From: Pseudovirgaria hyperparasitica
Taxonomy: Eukaryota
Length of the DNA: 64,000 bases
Direction: 5' to 3' (one strand)
Assembly (NCBI GenBank): GCA_010093815.1
Contig: ML996571.1
A program made the translations under genes and the position numbers. Positions 1 to 12,925 of this stretch are shown in pieces; position 1 is the stretch's first letter; each line of letters begins with the position of its first letter. The notes under the pieces are model-generated. The model was not told the DNA's origin. It saw only the letters and a list, made by a program, of their open reading frames with translations, and did not search any database.

Positions 1-3000
1 AAGGGAACGACTCAGGCAATGGCACACTGAGCAGACGAAGTCTGATGAGGTGTGGCATCGACACGAGATCTCAACTACTCACTGGCGAGCGAACATTCAT
101 TCGTCGGAACGTCTGAAGCATCAACGAACAGTACAGGACAATCAGGACAACCTCGGCTTTATCGCCTCTAGACTTGAGAAACTCGCACAAACACTGCAGG
201 CCCCGTGCGGTTTATTTGGTACGAAGCCGCAGTCCAAATGGCAGCTTGATGAGACAGAGGGTCGCAACCGTATGAGAATGCGAATCTTGCCAGATACAGG
301 CCAAGTACAAGAGGAATATCAACCCAAACGAAAGACATCTGAGGCTACGCCAAATAGAAACTTGAAAGTAGATGTGACGATTCCACGAGTGTCAACATCA
401 CCCTCAGCCATTGATACAACTCCGTCCGGCACAAAGTCACAAATGAAAGATGTAGACCAAAACTCGAAGGATAGTAGTACACCGGCTGAGAATGCTACCG
501 AAGAGGATGACGACTTCGAAATGGTTGATGACATTAACGAAGGAGAGAACGGATTCGAAGACAAGAACCGCAAGGTGATGCGTAGTCTTCAAATGGGTGA
601 CCAAGTCCAGCATGTGAGCAACGTTTCTCGAATCGTCGGATTAGAAGCTTGCGAAGGACTTCTTATCATCGGAAATGATTGGCTGTATCTCCTGGATAAT
701 TTTTTCCAGCGATCTGACGGAGAAATTGTTCGTGTATGGCAGGCTCCGAAAGAGGAACGCGACAACTATGTGCAGATGATTTCCGGGCGAGAGGCATCAT
801 CTTCGTCCCAAGGATCTCAGTATAACAGTGGTGAGCATGCGACTCGAAATTGGCGCTGGTCCGAACTTATCAGTATCTCAAAACGGCGCTTTCTCTTTCG
901 TGATGTCGGACTCGAGATATTTTTTGGCGATGGAAGAAGCTACCTACTCACAGGAGTTTCTACCTCCGTGAGAAATGATCTTTACAACAAGCTGAGTGCC
1001 CGAGCACCTCATATACACAATCCCAGCTCTATTGCGCAACTAGAGGGCTCCTGGCGTTTAGATGCACTACGGAATCCAGAAGAAGCTCCGCAGACTTTCG
1101 GCTCAAAGTTCGCAAACGTCTTCAACCCCTCTGCCATGTTCCCAGCTACAAAAAGATGGTTGAAAGGAGAAATCTCCAATTTCCACTACCTCATGCTTGT
1201 TAACACTCTAGCTGGCAGGACTTTCAATGACTTGACGCAATACCCAGTATTTCCATGGGTACTAGCAGACTACACGAGCGAAGAATTGGATTTGACGAAC
1301 CCACGTTCGTTCCGCGACCTCTCAAAGCCCATGGGTTGTCAGAGTGCTTCAAGAGAAGCCGAATTCAGGGACAGGTATCAATCTTTCGCTGAAATGGGAG
1401 ATCACAATGCCCCTCCTTTTCACTACGGAACGCACTACTCCTCCGCCATGATTGTCACATCATACCTCATTCGATTGCAGCCCTTTGTTCAGTCTTACTT
1501 ACTCTTACAAGGCGGCAGCTTTGATCACGCCGATAGAATGTTCTATTCGATCGAAAAAGCCTGGCTGTCTGCATCCAAAGACAACATGACAGATGTAAGA
1601 GAACTGACACCCGAGTTCTTCTATCTGCCTGAATTTCTCACGAACATCAACTGCTACAATTTTGGCACCAGGCAAGGCACAGGCGCAAAAATCGACAATG
1701 TGGTACTACCCCCATGGGCAAAAGGAGACCCGCACATATTCATTACCAAGCACCGAGAAGCTCTTGAAAGTCCTTTCGTGAGCAAAAATTTGCACCATTG
1801 GATTGACCTTGTCTTCGGATTCAAGCAACGAGGCGAAGCCGCAATCGAAGCTACTAATGTCTTTCACCATCTCTCTTATCAAGGTGCAAAGGATCTGGAC
1901 AACATTGAGGATCCGCTAGAACGTTTAGCTACGATAGGCATCATTCACAACTTCGGCCAAACACCACATCAGATCTTCTCGCGGTCTCATGTCCCCCGTG
2001 ACGACATCTCGCCAAAGTTCAAGCGTCTAGACAATGCAGCCGAGTCTCTGACCAGACTTCCTTTCCCTTTGCTCGAATCCCATGAACGTGTCGCATCCCT
2101 CTTATTCTCACAGAAGCAAGACCGCCTCCTCTGCTCAGCTGCGTTCCGGATCAACATTCCTCCCCTGTATGAACGATACATGGAGTGGGGCTTCACCGAC
2201 GACAGTGTGCGATTTTACGCCACAGACAATCGCAAGCTCCTTGGGCTCTTTGAGCATCTCCACCAAGGCCAGATCTCCTCTGCCATCTTTCTTGACAGTC
2301 GTATTATGATTACAGCCGGCGCCGACTGCACCTTATCGGCCTGGACCATGACCATGTTTGCCAAAGCCGTAGATTTGCAGCCTAAAGTCACCTTCTTCGG
2401 CCACAAAGCTCCCGTCATCACACTCGCAACGAGCCGTGCCCTGTCCACTTTCCTATCCGCAGACACAGCGGGTCACGTATATCTCTGGGATCTCAATCGC
2501 AGCGAGTTCATCCGTGAAATTGGCGACCCACGCGCAAATGAACGCGATGGGCCAGTGCAGGCTGCGCGAATCAGTAGTATCACAGGGCATATCATCTTGT
2601 GTCGCGGTCCATTGCTACAGCTTTACACGCTGAATGGCCATCTGCTACTCAGTGAGAATGTATGTGAGACAGATGACCCGGAAGATATCATCACGAGCTG
2701 CGCTGTGTACGAGGGCGTTGGCAATGAGTGGGTGAGCCGCGAGCTCATCTTCACAGGGCACAAGAGAGGGCTCGTAAATGTATGTCCCCGGTCGAGATCT
2801 CGTCCCTTTCCTTCTTGACATGAAACCTTCGTACTTATCAAGCCTCACATCACAGATTTTCACCCCCACCCCAACGCCGTTTGACCACCCCGGCACCAAG
2901 CTATGGTCCCTCACCCCTATCAAACGGCTCAACCACACAGACTCGTCCCGTGAGGACAGAACAAACTTCCATGCCGCAATCAGTTGCATCCTGCCTATGG

Positions 3001-3378
3001 CGCAGGTGGTGTATACAGGCGACGAAGACGGACGAGTAGTAAGTTATCCAATTTCAATGTACTCTGGGGGCGATGATGATGGTGATGATGCGGGGTGTTT
3101 CCGGCGTGGCAAAGTGTCGGCGCATGGTAGTAGCGAGGAAGGAGTGAGCAGGGAAAGGAAGGAAAGATGGGGATGGTGGGGTGTAGGAAAGCGGGTCATT
3201 ACCGTTTGATGCGCGCGGTGGAAACGATACTGTATAGCGCTTGGTGTGATTGTTTTGTTTTGTTGCTTTCTCCTAAACTCCATTTTCTCTACCGTCTTCC
3301 TTGTATTGCATGACATATGTACTGACTTCACATCTTTACCAGTTCGAGTGGGACTGCGTTCAGCGCTACGCAGACTGA
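1..3378 (+). CDS. BPH1: BEACH-domain/WD40 protein (beige/LYST/Bph1 family), 5'-truncated; exons <1-2779, 2856-3038, 3343-3378
   Basis: BEACH motifs (GRTFNDLTQYPVFPWVLADY, HYGTHYSS, DVRELTPEFFY, IIHNFGQTP) followed by WD repeats; introns GTATGT(2780)..CAG(2855) and GTAAGT(3039)..CTGAC..CAG(3342) give the C-terminus ...DEDGRVFEWDCVQRYAD*. Confidence 0.93.
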
Positions 3379-4659
3379 CTCGGTCGTTCCTGCTCTCTCT
3401 CTCTCCCACCTAATACCTCGACTCCGAAATTCTACGACTGCGGGAAAGATGATCACTACCTAGGTAGGCATGAGGATGGACGGATCTGGGAAGACACGAT
3501 TGGGTAGTGAGTGAGCATTGTGATATACATATGCTAGGATGATGTCAAACCGGGTTTGGTAAGATTGCCTTAGGTTGGTCATGGCGTTTTATAGAACAAA
3601 TGCAAAGGTGCATATACGGAACTCACTCTTATCTGCCTGTTTTTATCACGGACCTCCGGAACTGTGCATACATGCATCGCGTGCAGGTCCGCCGTGCGTG
3701 CACGTATATGTCGGTACTTGCTTGCATGAGGCCACTAATCTTATTTTCCTCGACTCTCACATTCTCGCCTCACTAGAAGCACTGCACAAACGACGCGCGA
3801 TTGAGAGATCTTATTTTATATTCCCCAAACTTAGCATTGCTTTTGCCCATTCCTATCTTCATTCTCAAACCCACCATAACCAAGGAAGCAAAGTATGTTG
3901 GTGTACACAAAATATCGAACACCACATCATAACCTTATGCGAGATCAAAACTCGACGAGAAACAAGAGAAAAAATTCCCGTACCCAGAAAACAAGTCTTC
4001 TACAAAAGAGACCAGAGATTTCTGCTAGTATTGGGTCCGAGAGACCTAGTGTAGAGGTTTGTAGAGATACAGAGTTGCTGGAGAGCAAGAAGGCGATGAG
4101 TTGAGTGGCGAAGGAAAGGGCGGTGCAGCGACAGGTGTGGGTTGTAGGTTGAAAAAAACAAAGTGTATTCCGTAACGCCGCGCAAGATCGAGTATGGTGA
4201 AAGGGCTGCAGATGCGGATAGACGATGATCGTGTTGTTGGAGCAGCGGGGTTTTGTTACGCGCCATCTCTATACTCTTCGTCGTAGGACGCGTGCTTCCT
4301 ATTGTGGTGATGTGACTCATAAAGTGGGTATATGAGAGTCAAGTAGGTTCGAATCTGCTAGTACTTCATGATATGCAATAGCCGGCACATGTTGATGACT
4401 ATGTTGGGAGCCAATGGCTGAGCCATGCGAATAACCATGAGATATAGACCATGATGGATGTCGAATCCCCAGGCGCTATCCCAGGACGGAAATCCCAGTC
4501 CATAAAGAACCTCGCACGTGAGTCGCTCATATGTTGTTGACGTGCAGCCTGAATTTGAAAATCGAAACCAAAACGCGGCCCAGAAGAACATGAAGGAAGG
4601 AGTCATTAAGCGTCATTACACGTCCCACGATGTCCGCTGGAACATCGAGGGAAGGGCGA

Positions 4660-5776
4660 TTATAAGAGGATCAAGTAATTGCTGGGAGCGATACCAGTCT
4701 CGCCATTTGGCTTCTTAGCTTGCCACCATCTGCCACTGACGTCTGAGACCTCCAGAATGTCATGTTTTTGGAAGCTTATTTCGTTCACATCGTCGGGGTT
4801 GGCTTCATAACTGTATATAGCCTTCGCACGATACGGGTACTCAACGTTGCCACCGGCCTCGTTATTGTCATTGGTACCGTCTGTCGGAGACATGTTCTGC
4901 ATTGGGTTGGTGGTCGTTGGTCCGAAACGGGCTTGCGAGCTGCGATCTTGGCCAGGAGCGCCACCTGGGAAGCCGGAAACAGGAGAGGAGGTCTCGAAAC
5001 CGTTGAGCTGGGCTGAGGTATACATTTGCGGAGGAGGATTTGTGATCGAAGTGTCTGGTCTGGTGCCGAAAGCTTGCGAAGCCGAGCGTGAGGCCCGGGA
5101 TTGTCCAGCCTTGTGAAGGGAGAAGGAATCAACGTAAGCTTTGTGGGCAGCACCAGGTTGAGACCCATAATATAGCATCCAAACGATCTGATGGATCGTC
5201 AGCACTTGTTAGTGACTGTAAAATTGATTAAACATACGTTGACCATTGAAAGCAAAATGAAGCCGGCTGCTGCTGCTTCGATAGCCCCATTTGGGTTATA
5301 GACTAAAGAATTGACTGAAGCCGTCGTCATCACCAATGCAGCTCCGAGAGATCCAACAATCTGTTCAAATTAGCGAAGCTGCGTACGGCGTAACAAGTAA
5401 CCTTCTGTCCAGTGTACTCACAGCAACGTGATAGGTGAAGGCAGTGTCAGTGGCTTCAACAAAGAACACGCCCGAAATGCAGAAGAATTGATAGACTACT
5501 GCCCACCACTGGTAGTTTGGATAATCTGCTTGAATGGCACCGATGATTGAAGATACCAATGCGATCAGCCAGGCAAGCTATGTATGAATCAGTATCAAGT
5601 TGCAATAACATGTGGCCTAAAGTGTCGCTCACCATCGCGATTGACACGGTAGCCAGTGAGAATGGATCCCCAATAATGCGGCCAATACTGAATGATCTCC
5701 TGCCACTTGGGCTTCCGTAACCAGCCTCCATCTTGCGAAGAGAATTATGTGAACCAACAGAGCCGTAAGACGGCAT
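4660..5776 (-). CDS. SHO1: High-osmolarity signalling membrane protein Sho1 (4 TM + SH3); exons 5776-5633, 5577-5422, 5360-5238, 5187-4660
   Basis: [15 protein letters not shown]-terminus, TM exons joined by three canonical introns, C-terminal SH3 ([11 protein letters not shown]...GRWWQA...[11 protein letters not shown]). Confidence 0.96.
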
Positions 5777-7550
5777 GAGTCGCGATCGTACGCTGTATAA
5801 TCTGGACTGGAATGTATCGCTGGTTGCTTTTGCTCTGAGTTACAGTAGACGAAACCTGACTGTTGGCGTGACAAGTGCTGATCCGAGAGAGGAGTCTGTA
5901 AGCGTGATGAAGGAAGTAGTGAAGTCGAGCAAGGTGGAATGGAGTTGAGAAGAGCGGTCTCAGCGCCCGGCCAGAGGTGGGAAGGGTCAGCTCCAAGGAG
6001 ATATGAATCGGTGGGCGCGTGTCTGATGGTCAAATGTCGGGAGGACGGTTTCTCGATTGAGTTGCTGAGAGATGTTCGACGGCGAGTTGGTTGGAGACCA
6101 CAGTAGGACAAAATCGCAGAATCGCTCAGCGGCAGACAACAGAGTGGATGTAAGAGTCTGGAGTGATAGTCGCTGGTTGCAGGTGGAGTGGAGAGGGATG
6201 GGCGGCAGCAGAAGATGGACGCAAGTGGGTCAAACAGGTTGCAGGCAGGTTGCGAAAGGTGATTGGCTGGTGATTTGGGAGAATGGCCCGCTAAGCTTGG
6301 ACTCCCAGGGGCTGCCGCTGCGGCTTAGTCCTTCGTTCTATTGCGGGCTGGCGTGCATTTTACATACATCTATCTCTACACTAATATTATCAATCACCAT
6401 TTGGCATCCCTTCGCTCTCTTAATCATAGCGATGAATGGCACAGCAAAAATCCCTCCATGTTTCTATTGAGACACCTCACAATGCTACTGGTCATCCTCC
6501 ATACCTCTTTCGGTGCGTTCTGGCTAAGCTGGGTCATGCAAAGTCTGCATTGCCACGTAAACGTCTCGAATTGCTCTGGACTGCTGTGTATGATGCTCAT
6601 TTTGTACTGATACTCCTCCGGGATCAGTTTGAGATGGATGGCTGTTCGTGTGGCCCAGGCGGAGCTTCATCTGTTGGTTCGCCATTGATGAGAATGCAAA
6701 TGGAGCCTTTCACCGTGCTTTGTCTGCTGAACCTTGGAATGCCTCTCGTTCCTGGGCCGCACAAAACGGGCAGGGGGGCCGGAACAGGCTAGCAACATCA
6801 ACGTTTTTAAGGCGACATATATAAATAAGACCTGTCTTAAAGTCTCTAAAGTCTAAGATTGTTTCACCGCGGGTTCACGGCGAACGTCTGAGCAATACTG
6901 ACTGATAAAAGGGCCCACCTGCGCCGAACATCGCAGTTGCTGATCTGTACATTCATGCGCTCGCGCTTGTCCATGCACGTGGCTCCCGGCCGATCCGCAT
7001 GCCGTTGCGGCATGTGAGAGGCTCCCTCCTCAAACACCTTTGAAACCGTAGCATAGTTTTTCTGATCATAGCGAATGTTGCTCGCCTCAGGACCTGCCAT
7101 TTCTACAATTGAATGACATCACTCTGCTCATAATTACCCTGACGCCTCTCCATTCGTGCGATTCTCCACACTAGAGCTCTATGGGTCTCGTTCACTAAAG
7201 ACACAAAATGCGCTAGCAACTCTTCAAACCAAGAGCTGTTTACGTAGAACCTAGTGTAACGTTCAAAGCGACGTCAGTGAGGTCGCAATTTTTGTTTTGT
7301 TGACATACTGGTCCAACTTCGCGAAGACAACAAACTTGATACTGAGGCAAGGCGTCTTCGAAGGCCGCATAGATGCAAATGCCGTACTGGTACAACATAG
7401 GGCGATTGAGTGCCTCATCGGCTGAAAGCCTTGTACGTACTTCGGTCTTAAGATGCAATGTGCAGAGCGTCCAAGGGGCACTCCGACTAGGGTATACCGA
7501 CTAGTCATTCTGCAGTTGTCTTGGTGTAATTGATCCAAATCGATGCATGC

Positions 7551-8217
7551 TCAAGCTGATTTCCTGATCTCTTTACGGCGCACAGATCGCTCGGCTTGTC
7601 GCAGTCGCTTGTCATATTCGACCCAACATCGTCCTTGGCTAAGTACAAGTGTTTCGTTCCAGCGGTACACCAGAATGCCACTTCTTTTTTGTAGCTCAGA
7701 TATCTCCCTGGCTTGTTCCAATTGGCGTTGTTCGATTTGTGCAATGCGTGGTTCAAGCGACACCAACGATGCGAAAGACTTCAGCGGCGGGAGAGGCACG
7801 TCAGAAAGCGATGTCAGCTGGGACGCTGTAGCATGAAACTTAGGAGCTTCTAGTTCCACCAGGGCGAGCTTTTGCTGAATGTCCAACTCAGGTGCAAGAT
7901 CTTTCTCTTTGGCATCTTGAAACAACTCTGGGTATCGTGAGTCTGTCAGCACCTTGTTAGCATGGAAACCAGAGCTCGCAGCTAGAGTATGTAGGCTACT
8001 CACAAAGCTTCAAGATCTCATAAACTGGGCCTGACTGCTCCGTGAGCCGGCGAAGAGCGTGCTCGAGCTTCTGCACTCTCTTGAGGATTGGGACATCTTT
8101 CTGCCACCCTGTTGGCAAGCTCAGGTCTCCATCAAGAACAAATTGGACCCTCCGCATACGCCACTCAAGTAGGTCCAATGTATCGAGGATGACATCCTCC
8201 TCTCCCGTAGTCATCAT
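7551..8217 (-). CDS. Nuclear distribution protein RO10-like (dynactin p24-type coiled-coil subunit); exons 8217-8004, 7942-7551
   Basis: LDLLEWRMRRVQFVL...YPELF...TASQLTSLSDVPLPP...WVEYDKRLRQAER pattern resembles fungal RO10; intron GTGAGT..CTGACAG joins the two track ORFs in frame. Confidence 0.75.
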
Positions 8218-8927
8218 GATTAACTGAAGATGACAGAAATGTGTGTGAATGCGAGTGTTGCGTAGAGTGGACCAGTGGAACAGTAATTAGGCTAGGTACT
8301 AAACGATGACAGACCGCCTTGGCGCGTACAAAGGGCCCCCCAAAAGGGAGAGAAGACTCGATATGGACGGGACAGAACTTGGAGAGCAACATGCTATCGG
8401 TCGAACGTCCATGATGCGTTACCCGGAACGCTGCTAAGCCCTTAAAGATACCTTCGTGTATAGTAACTTGCTCGGTGTGTTTATAATTTACAGCTCTTTC
8501 TGCACCATTGACGTGGCCTACGATGATCAAAGGCGCGGAACCACTACAAGTATCAATAATGAAGATGCCCCATTAATCTTTACGACTGACTGGCTCCTGG
8601 TTATTGTTAACAAGAAATTCTAGTCTTAGATACATACCTACACAATGTATTTAATAATAGGTAAACTACCTCGCGGAGTGGCTTGGCGACGTGAGCACGC
8701 TGATTCGTCCTGCGCCTGAGGCATCCTTATGACCTTTCATCGCTATCACTCTTCAAGACCCCAACTTTCGTCATTGCGCAACACCCACCTTACCCTGCCG
8801 ACATCCTTACCACAGCGATACCTCTTCGATTGTTCCACTCGTTTAGCGATCAATTCCCGTGTATTAATTCGTGATCCTGTCCGCCGAGCACCCTTATGAT
8901 TCTGCTACCAAAACACGTCGGGGAAGC

Positions 8928-10738
8928 ATGACGAATTACTCAACAGTGCCAGAACAAGCAGATGAACATGAGAGCAGGCCAGCCAGCGCGGCATCTTCGA
9001 GAGGAAGACGGTCAGTTTGACGATGGCGTACCTTTACGCCCACACAAGAGGTTGCTCACACCTGGGTCTAGGTCCAGAAGAGGAGGGAAGAAGGACGCAG
9101 GTCCCATCGGGCAGGCAACATGGATCAGCAGTGTAATAAACCTGCTCAATACCAGTATGGAAGAATAACATCAAGTTGCAAAAGCAGATGCTAACAAAAG
9201 AATGTAGTCTTAGGAGCTGGTCTACTTGCTATGCCACATGCGCTCGCACAAATGGGCATCTTTCTTGGGATATTCGTGGTCGCGTGGGCAGGTCTCACGG
9301 CCGGATTTGGCCTATATCTGCAATCAAGATGCGCAAGATATGTAGAGCGTGGCGCGTCGTCTTTTGCTGCGCTCGCCAAACTAACATACCCGAATGCGGC
9401 CGTCGTTTTCGACGGCGCCATCGCACTCAAGTGCTTTGGAGTCGGGGTCAGCTACCTTATCATTATCGGTGATCTCATGCCTGGCGTGGTTAAAGGATTC
9501 AGCGAGAAAGCTGCAGAGACTGCATTCTTAGTGGACCGACAATTCTGGATTACTGCATTCATGTAAGCAACTGCGCTTTGCTGTAGCTACAGAGCCCTAA
9601 TGAGCTTTCTCTAGGTTAATCGTCATTCCACTAGCATTCTTACGCCGACTAGACTCCCTAAAGTATACAAGCATCATTGCCCTGATCTCCATCGCTTATC
9701 TCGTCCTACTTATTCTAGTGCATTTTATCAAAGGCGACACTCTGGAAGACCGGGGTGAAGTCCGCGTCTTCAGATGGGCAGGCCCAGTGTCTGCGTTGGC
9801 CGCGTTCCCAGTCATTGTTTTTGCTTATACTTGTCATCAAAATGTAAGGATCATGATGAGAATTCTTTCACTCTTTCTAATCTTCTCTAGATGTTCTCGA
9901 TCTTGAACGAGATTTTCGATAATTCTCAATCCAGGACTACAGCAGTAGTAGTGGCAAGCATTGGATCTGCCTGTATGCTATACATCCTCTGTGGTATCAC
10001 AGGGTACCTATCATACGGTGACAACGTCAGCGGTAACATTGTGCAGATGTGTAAGTCGGGAAACCCCATTAGTCCTGGACAAACTGCTCACACGTAGAAG
10101 ATCCACATTCTCCAGCCTCTACTTTCGGCCGGGCCGCCATCGTTGTCCTCGTCATGTTCTCCTATCCACTTCAAGTACATCCATGTCGCGCTTCCGTTGA
10201 TGCAGTCATCAACTGGCGCCCACAGCGTAACCGCGGCTCTAGCGCTGATCCATCTCCCTCTCGCACCGGCCTCCTTACCCCTAATTCGACGTCCCCTTCA
10301 CCCCCTCAGAGGACGGCCCTTTTTCAACCCAAGCGCGAAATGTCCGACATCCGGTTCGCAATAATCACGACCATCATCATTGTATTATCATACGTCGTAG
10401 CGATGACGGTCACCTCGCTTGAGAAAGTGCTCGCATACGTCGGGAGCACGGGCAGCACAACCATCAGCTTCATCCTGCCGGGACTTTTCTACTATAAAAT
10501 CTCAGACCCAGAGTCGCCACATCATCAGAAGCTGATGAAGGAAGACGACGACGAGGCGGGCTACGACGCGGAAGACTTAGAGAGCAGCGGGTTTCTGCAG
10601 GCTATAACAGATGTGAAGATGCGACGGCATTGGAGAAGAACGTTGCTGCGGAAGGCCAGTCTAGGGCTAGCTATTTATGGGTTCTTTGTTATGGTAGTAT
10701 GTCTGGGAACGAATACCTTCCTGGTCGCTGCGCATTGA
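8928..10738 (+). CDS. Vacuolar amino-acid transporter (AAAP family, Avt5/6/7-like); exons 8928-9010, 9072-9154, 9208-9562, 9615-9843, 9891-10050, 10101-10738
   Basis: SSVINLLNT-ILGAGLLAMP, AIALKCFGVGVSYLIIIGDLMP, FAYTCHQNMFSI, FSYPLQVHPCR, GSTGSTTISFILPG motifs; five GT-AG introns keep the frame. Confidence 0.92.
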
Positions 10739-10852
10739 TTGGGGTATTGCTCATCAATCTTAAATAAATACATTGTCAACGCCTTAATTATCATGTGCTC
10801 TTCCCGTCCCAGCTCTAATATTAGAAATCAACTCCCCTTCTTGCATTCTGAC

Positions 10853-10873
10853 ATTCATCATCATCATCATCAT
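10853..10873. repeat. (TCA)n microsatellite in the short gap between the convergent AVT and NNR1 stop codons
   Basis: tcatcatcatcatcatcatc run. Confidence 0.8.
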
Positions 10874-10888
10874 CTCAGTAGGCCATAC

Positions 10889-12104
10889 TCATAGCTTCCC
10901 CTCTCCGTCCACTGGTACCTCAGCAACTTGTGCCACGCCCTCATACGGCGGCACAACCAATCCATACCTTTCCGCGACCTCCGCTCCCAGAAAACGCCCT
11001 CCTACAAAGTGTCTTCCCCTAAACTTCTCTACCAGCGGCTTCGGCGCCGTCAGACTAATCAGCGCCCCGGGGTGATAATCCTTTCCCGGTCCCTCGCTAG
11101 GCGGGCCATGCTCAATATCCCAGCTTGAGGGTGCATCGACGGCAAGAACAGGAACGGTGGTCGAAGCGAGGGCAGCAATGACTGACGGGAACGGCTCGCG
11201 GATGGAGCCACTGAAGGAAAAACCGAAGATGCAGTCGAGGATGAGGTCGTAGGTTGACGTTGTTAGCGGGTTAGGGAGGGAGGTGACGAAGGGAACTTTG
11301 AGTGCGTGGAGTTGCGTTGTCAGACGCTGAAGGAGATCTCAGCATCGATCGAAGCAAGAAGTTTGGACCAGGTATGATCAAAAGCAATACAGTGAGAGTG
11401 ATGAGCTATGGAAGGGGTTTTCGGAAAGAGCAAGTTCGAGAGAAAACAAAAGTTTCTACGACGGTGGAAATAGTTCAGACCGGCGCTGAGAAGAGTGGAA
11501 GTCGAGACAAGGCCGGTGTTGGTTAATGTTGAAAAGTGCAAATAGACTAGACATCACGCCTCTCTAGCTTGGACATTTGACAGTCTTCATGGTAATAGGA
11601 CTGATGTGGGAGGATCACAAGCCATTGGAAGGGGTCGAAACTTAGACTGACATACCTGGTATAGCTCGTTTTTATTTTGTTTCGGGTAGTAAATAGCTGG
11701 TTGGTAGCCGTAGTGGTGGAGATGTCGTGCTGCTACGAGGCCATCGCCACCTGGATGGAGTCAGGATGTATTCCTTTCCAAACTCGATTGGGTCAGCCAT
11801 TTACCATTATTTCCTGGACCGCAAGCCACGAGGACTCTTGTACCCTTGTTCAGGGGTAGAAGTTTATAAACTGAGTAGCAATTAGCTCGGCACAAGAGGC
11901 ATCACGCTTACGCAGTTTGCAATTATTACCAGCTTGGGATACAGATAGTCCCGCTAGCTCCATCAATTGGTCGAGGGAATAAGCTCCAGTGCTCATCAGC
12001 TCTTTATCCAAGGCTGCAGCATTAGCTGCGGAGAGAGTCTAGACTTTTGGTCAATCATGGATCTAGACGACGCTACTGTTGAATCGGCTTACTCGAAGCG
12101 CCAT
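10889..12104 (-). CDS. NNR1: NAD(P)H-hydrate epimerase (YjeF-N/NAXE family); exons 12104-12093, 12038-11930, 11870-11805, 11750-11656, 11326-10889; not in the ORF track
   Basis: Hand translation: [43 protein letters not shown]...[21 protein letters not shown]...YQ-RLTTQL...DCIFGFSF...[10 protein letters not shown]...LISLTAPKP...HFVGGRF...EGKL*. Confidence 0.93.
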
Positions 12105-12925
12105 GACTGGTGGTAATGGTGTTCCCGTTTAAGGCTGACCAATATATTGCGTCTGAGGTTGTTGCCAATCGGGTCTGAGATAGAGCACAGAATGTAAATG
12201 TTGTTGCTGTGAACGTGTGAACCCCAAGTATAAACGAGGACAACATTACATCATCCTTAAGGTTCGACACGCCAACCAATCAGATTGCTGCACTCTCAGA
12301 CAAGCAACAAGGCCTTTGAGTAGGAATCTTAAAATATATTGGCTTAGCCTAATGAACCATTTACCTCTGGTTCTAACACCGCTCTGTAAATATATAATCT
12401 TCTAGCATGTTAGCAAAGTCCTGTCAGCTCTGATGGGGAGTAAAGAAGCCTGAGGCCAATATTGCAAAAATAAATTATATATCAAAGCCGCTGCCGTAGA
12501 ATTCGCGAGTGGCAGACCGGATGTTAAGTCTACTATTTCGGCTCTGTCAACAATGTCAGTAGCGTAGTATCGGATGGCTCTATCTTGCTCCATTGTTCCC
12601 GTAGGACTGTGTCTTCATGCTAGGTCACGTTGGTAGCGTAGTAGAGTCGCGCCAAGACCTCCGCTCCGCTTGCCTTCACCACTTCCGACGCGCCGCCGAA
12701 ACTTTCATCGTGAGACTTCAATACGACCTGAGCTTCACTTCATCCTGACCTAGACCACCAACTCCAATCTGACTTGGCAACCAATAATCTCACCCCGATA
12801 CCCATCCGCATATACCTCGATCGCATCTATACATTGACATATGGTGCATTGATCCAATCCTCGCGGCGAAACCATCAAGCCTTCCATCCCCCTTCCTCAA
12901 CTCGTCCACACTACCGCTCACCACA

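Noticed and set aside
7240..7458. ORF with RLSADEALNRP resembling kinase subdomain XI
   Set aside because: No other kinase motifs found nearby; lies just downstream of the RO10-like gene; likely chance.
11327..11655. TPP riboswitch in the NNR1 intron (GCTGAGA present)
   Set aside because: The remaining TPP aptamer core is not present in the correct order, and the gene is not thiamine-related.
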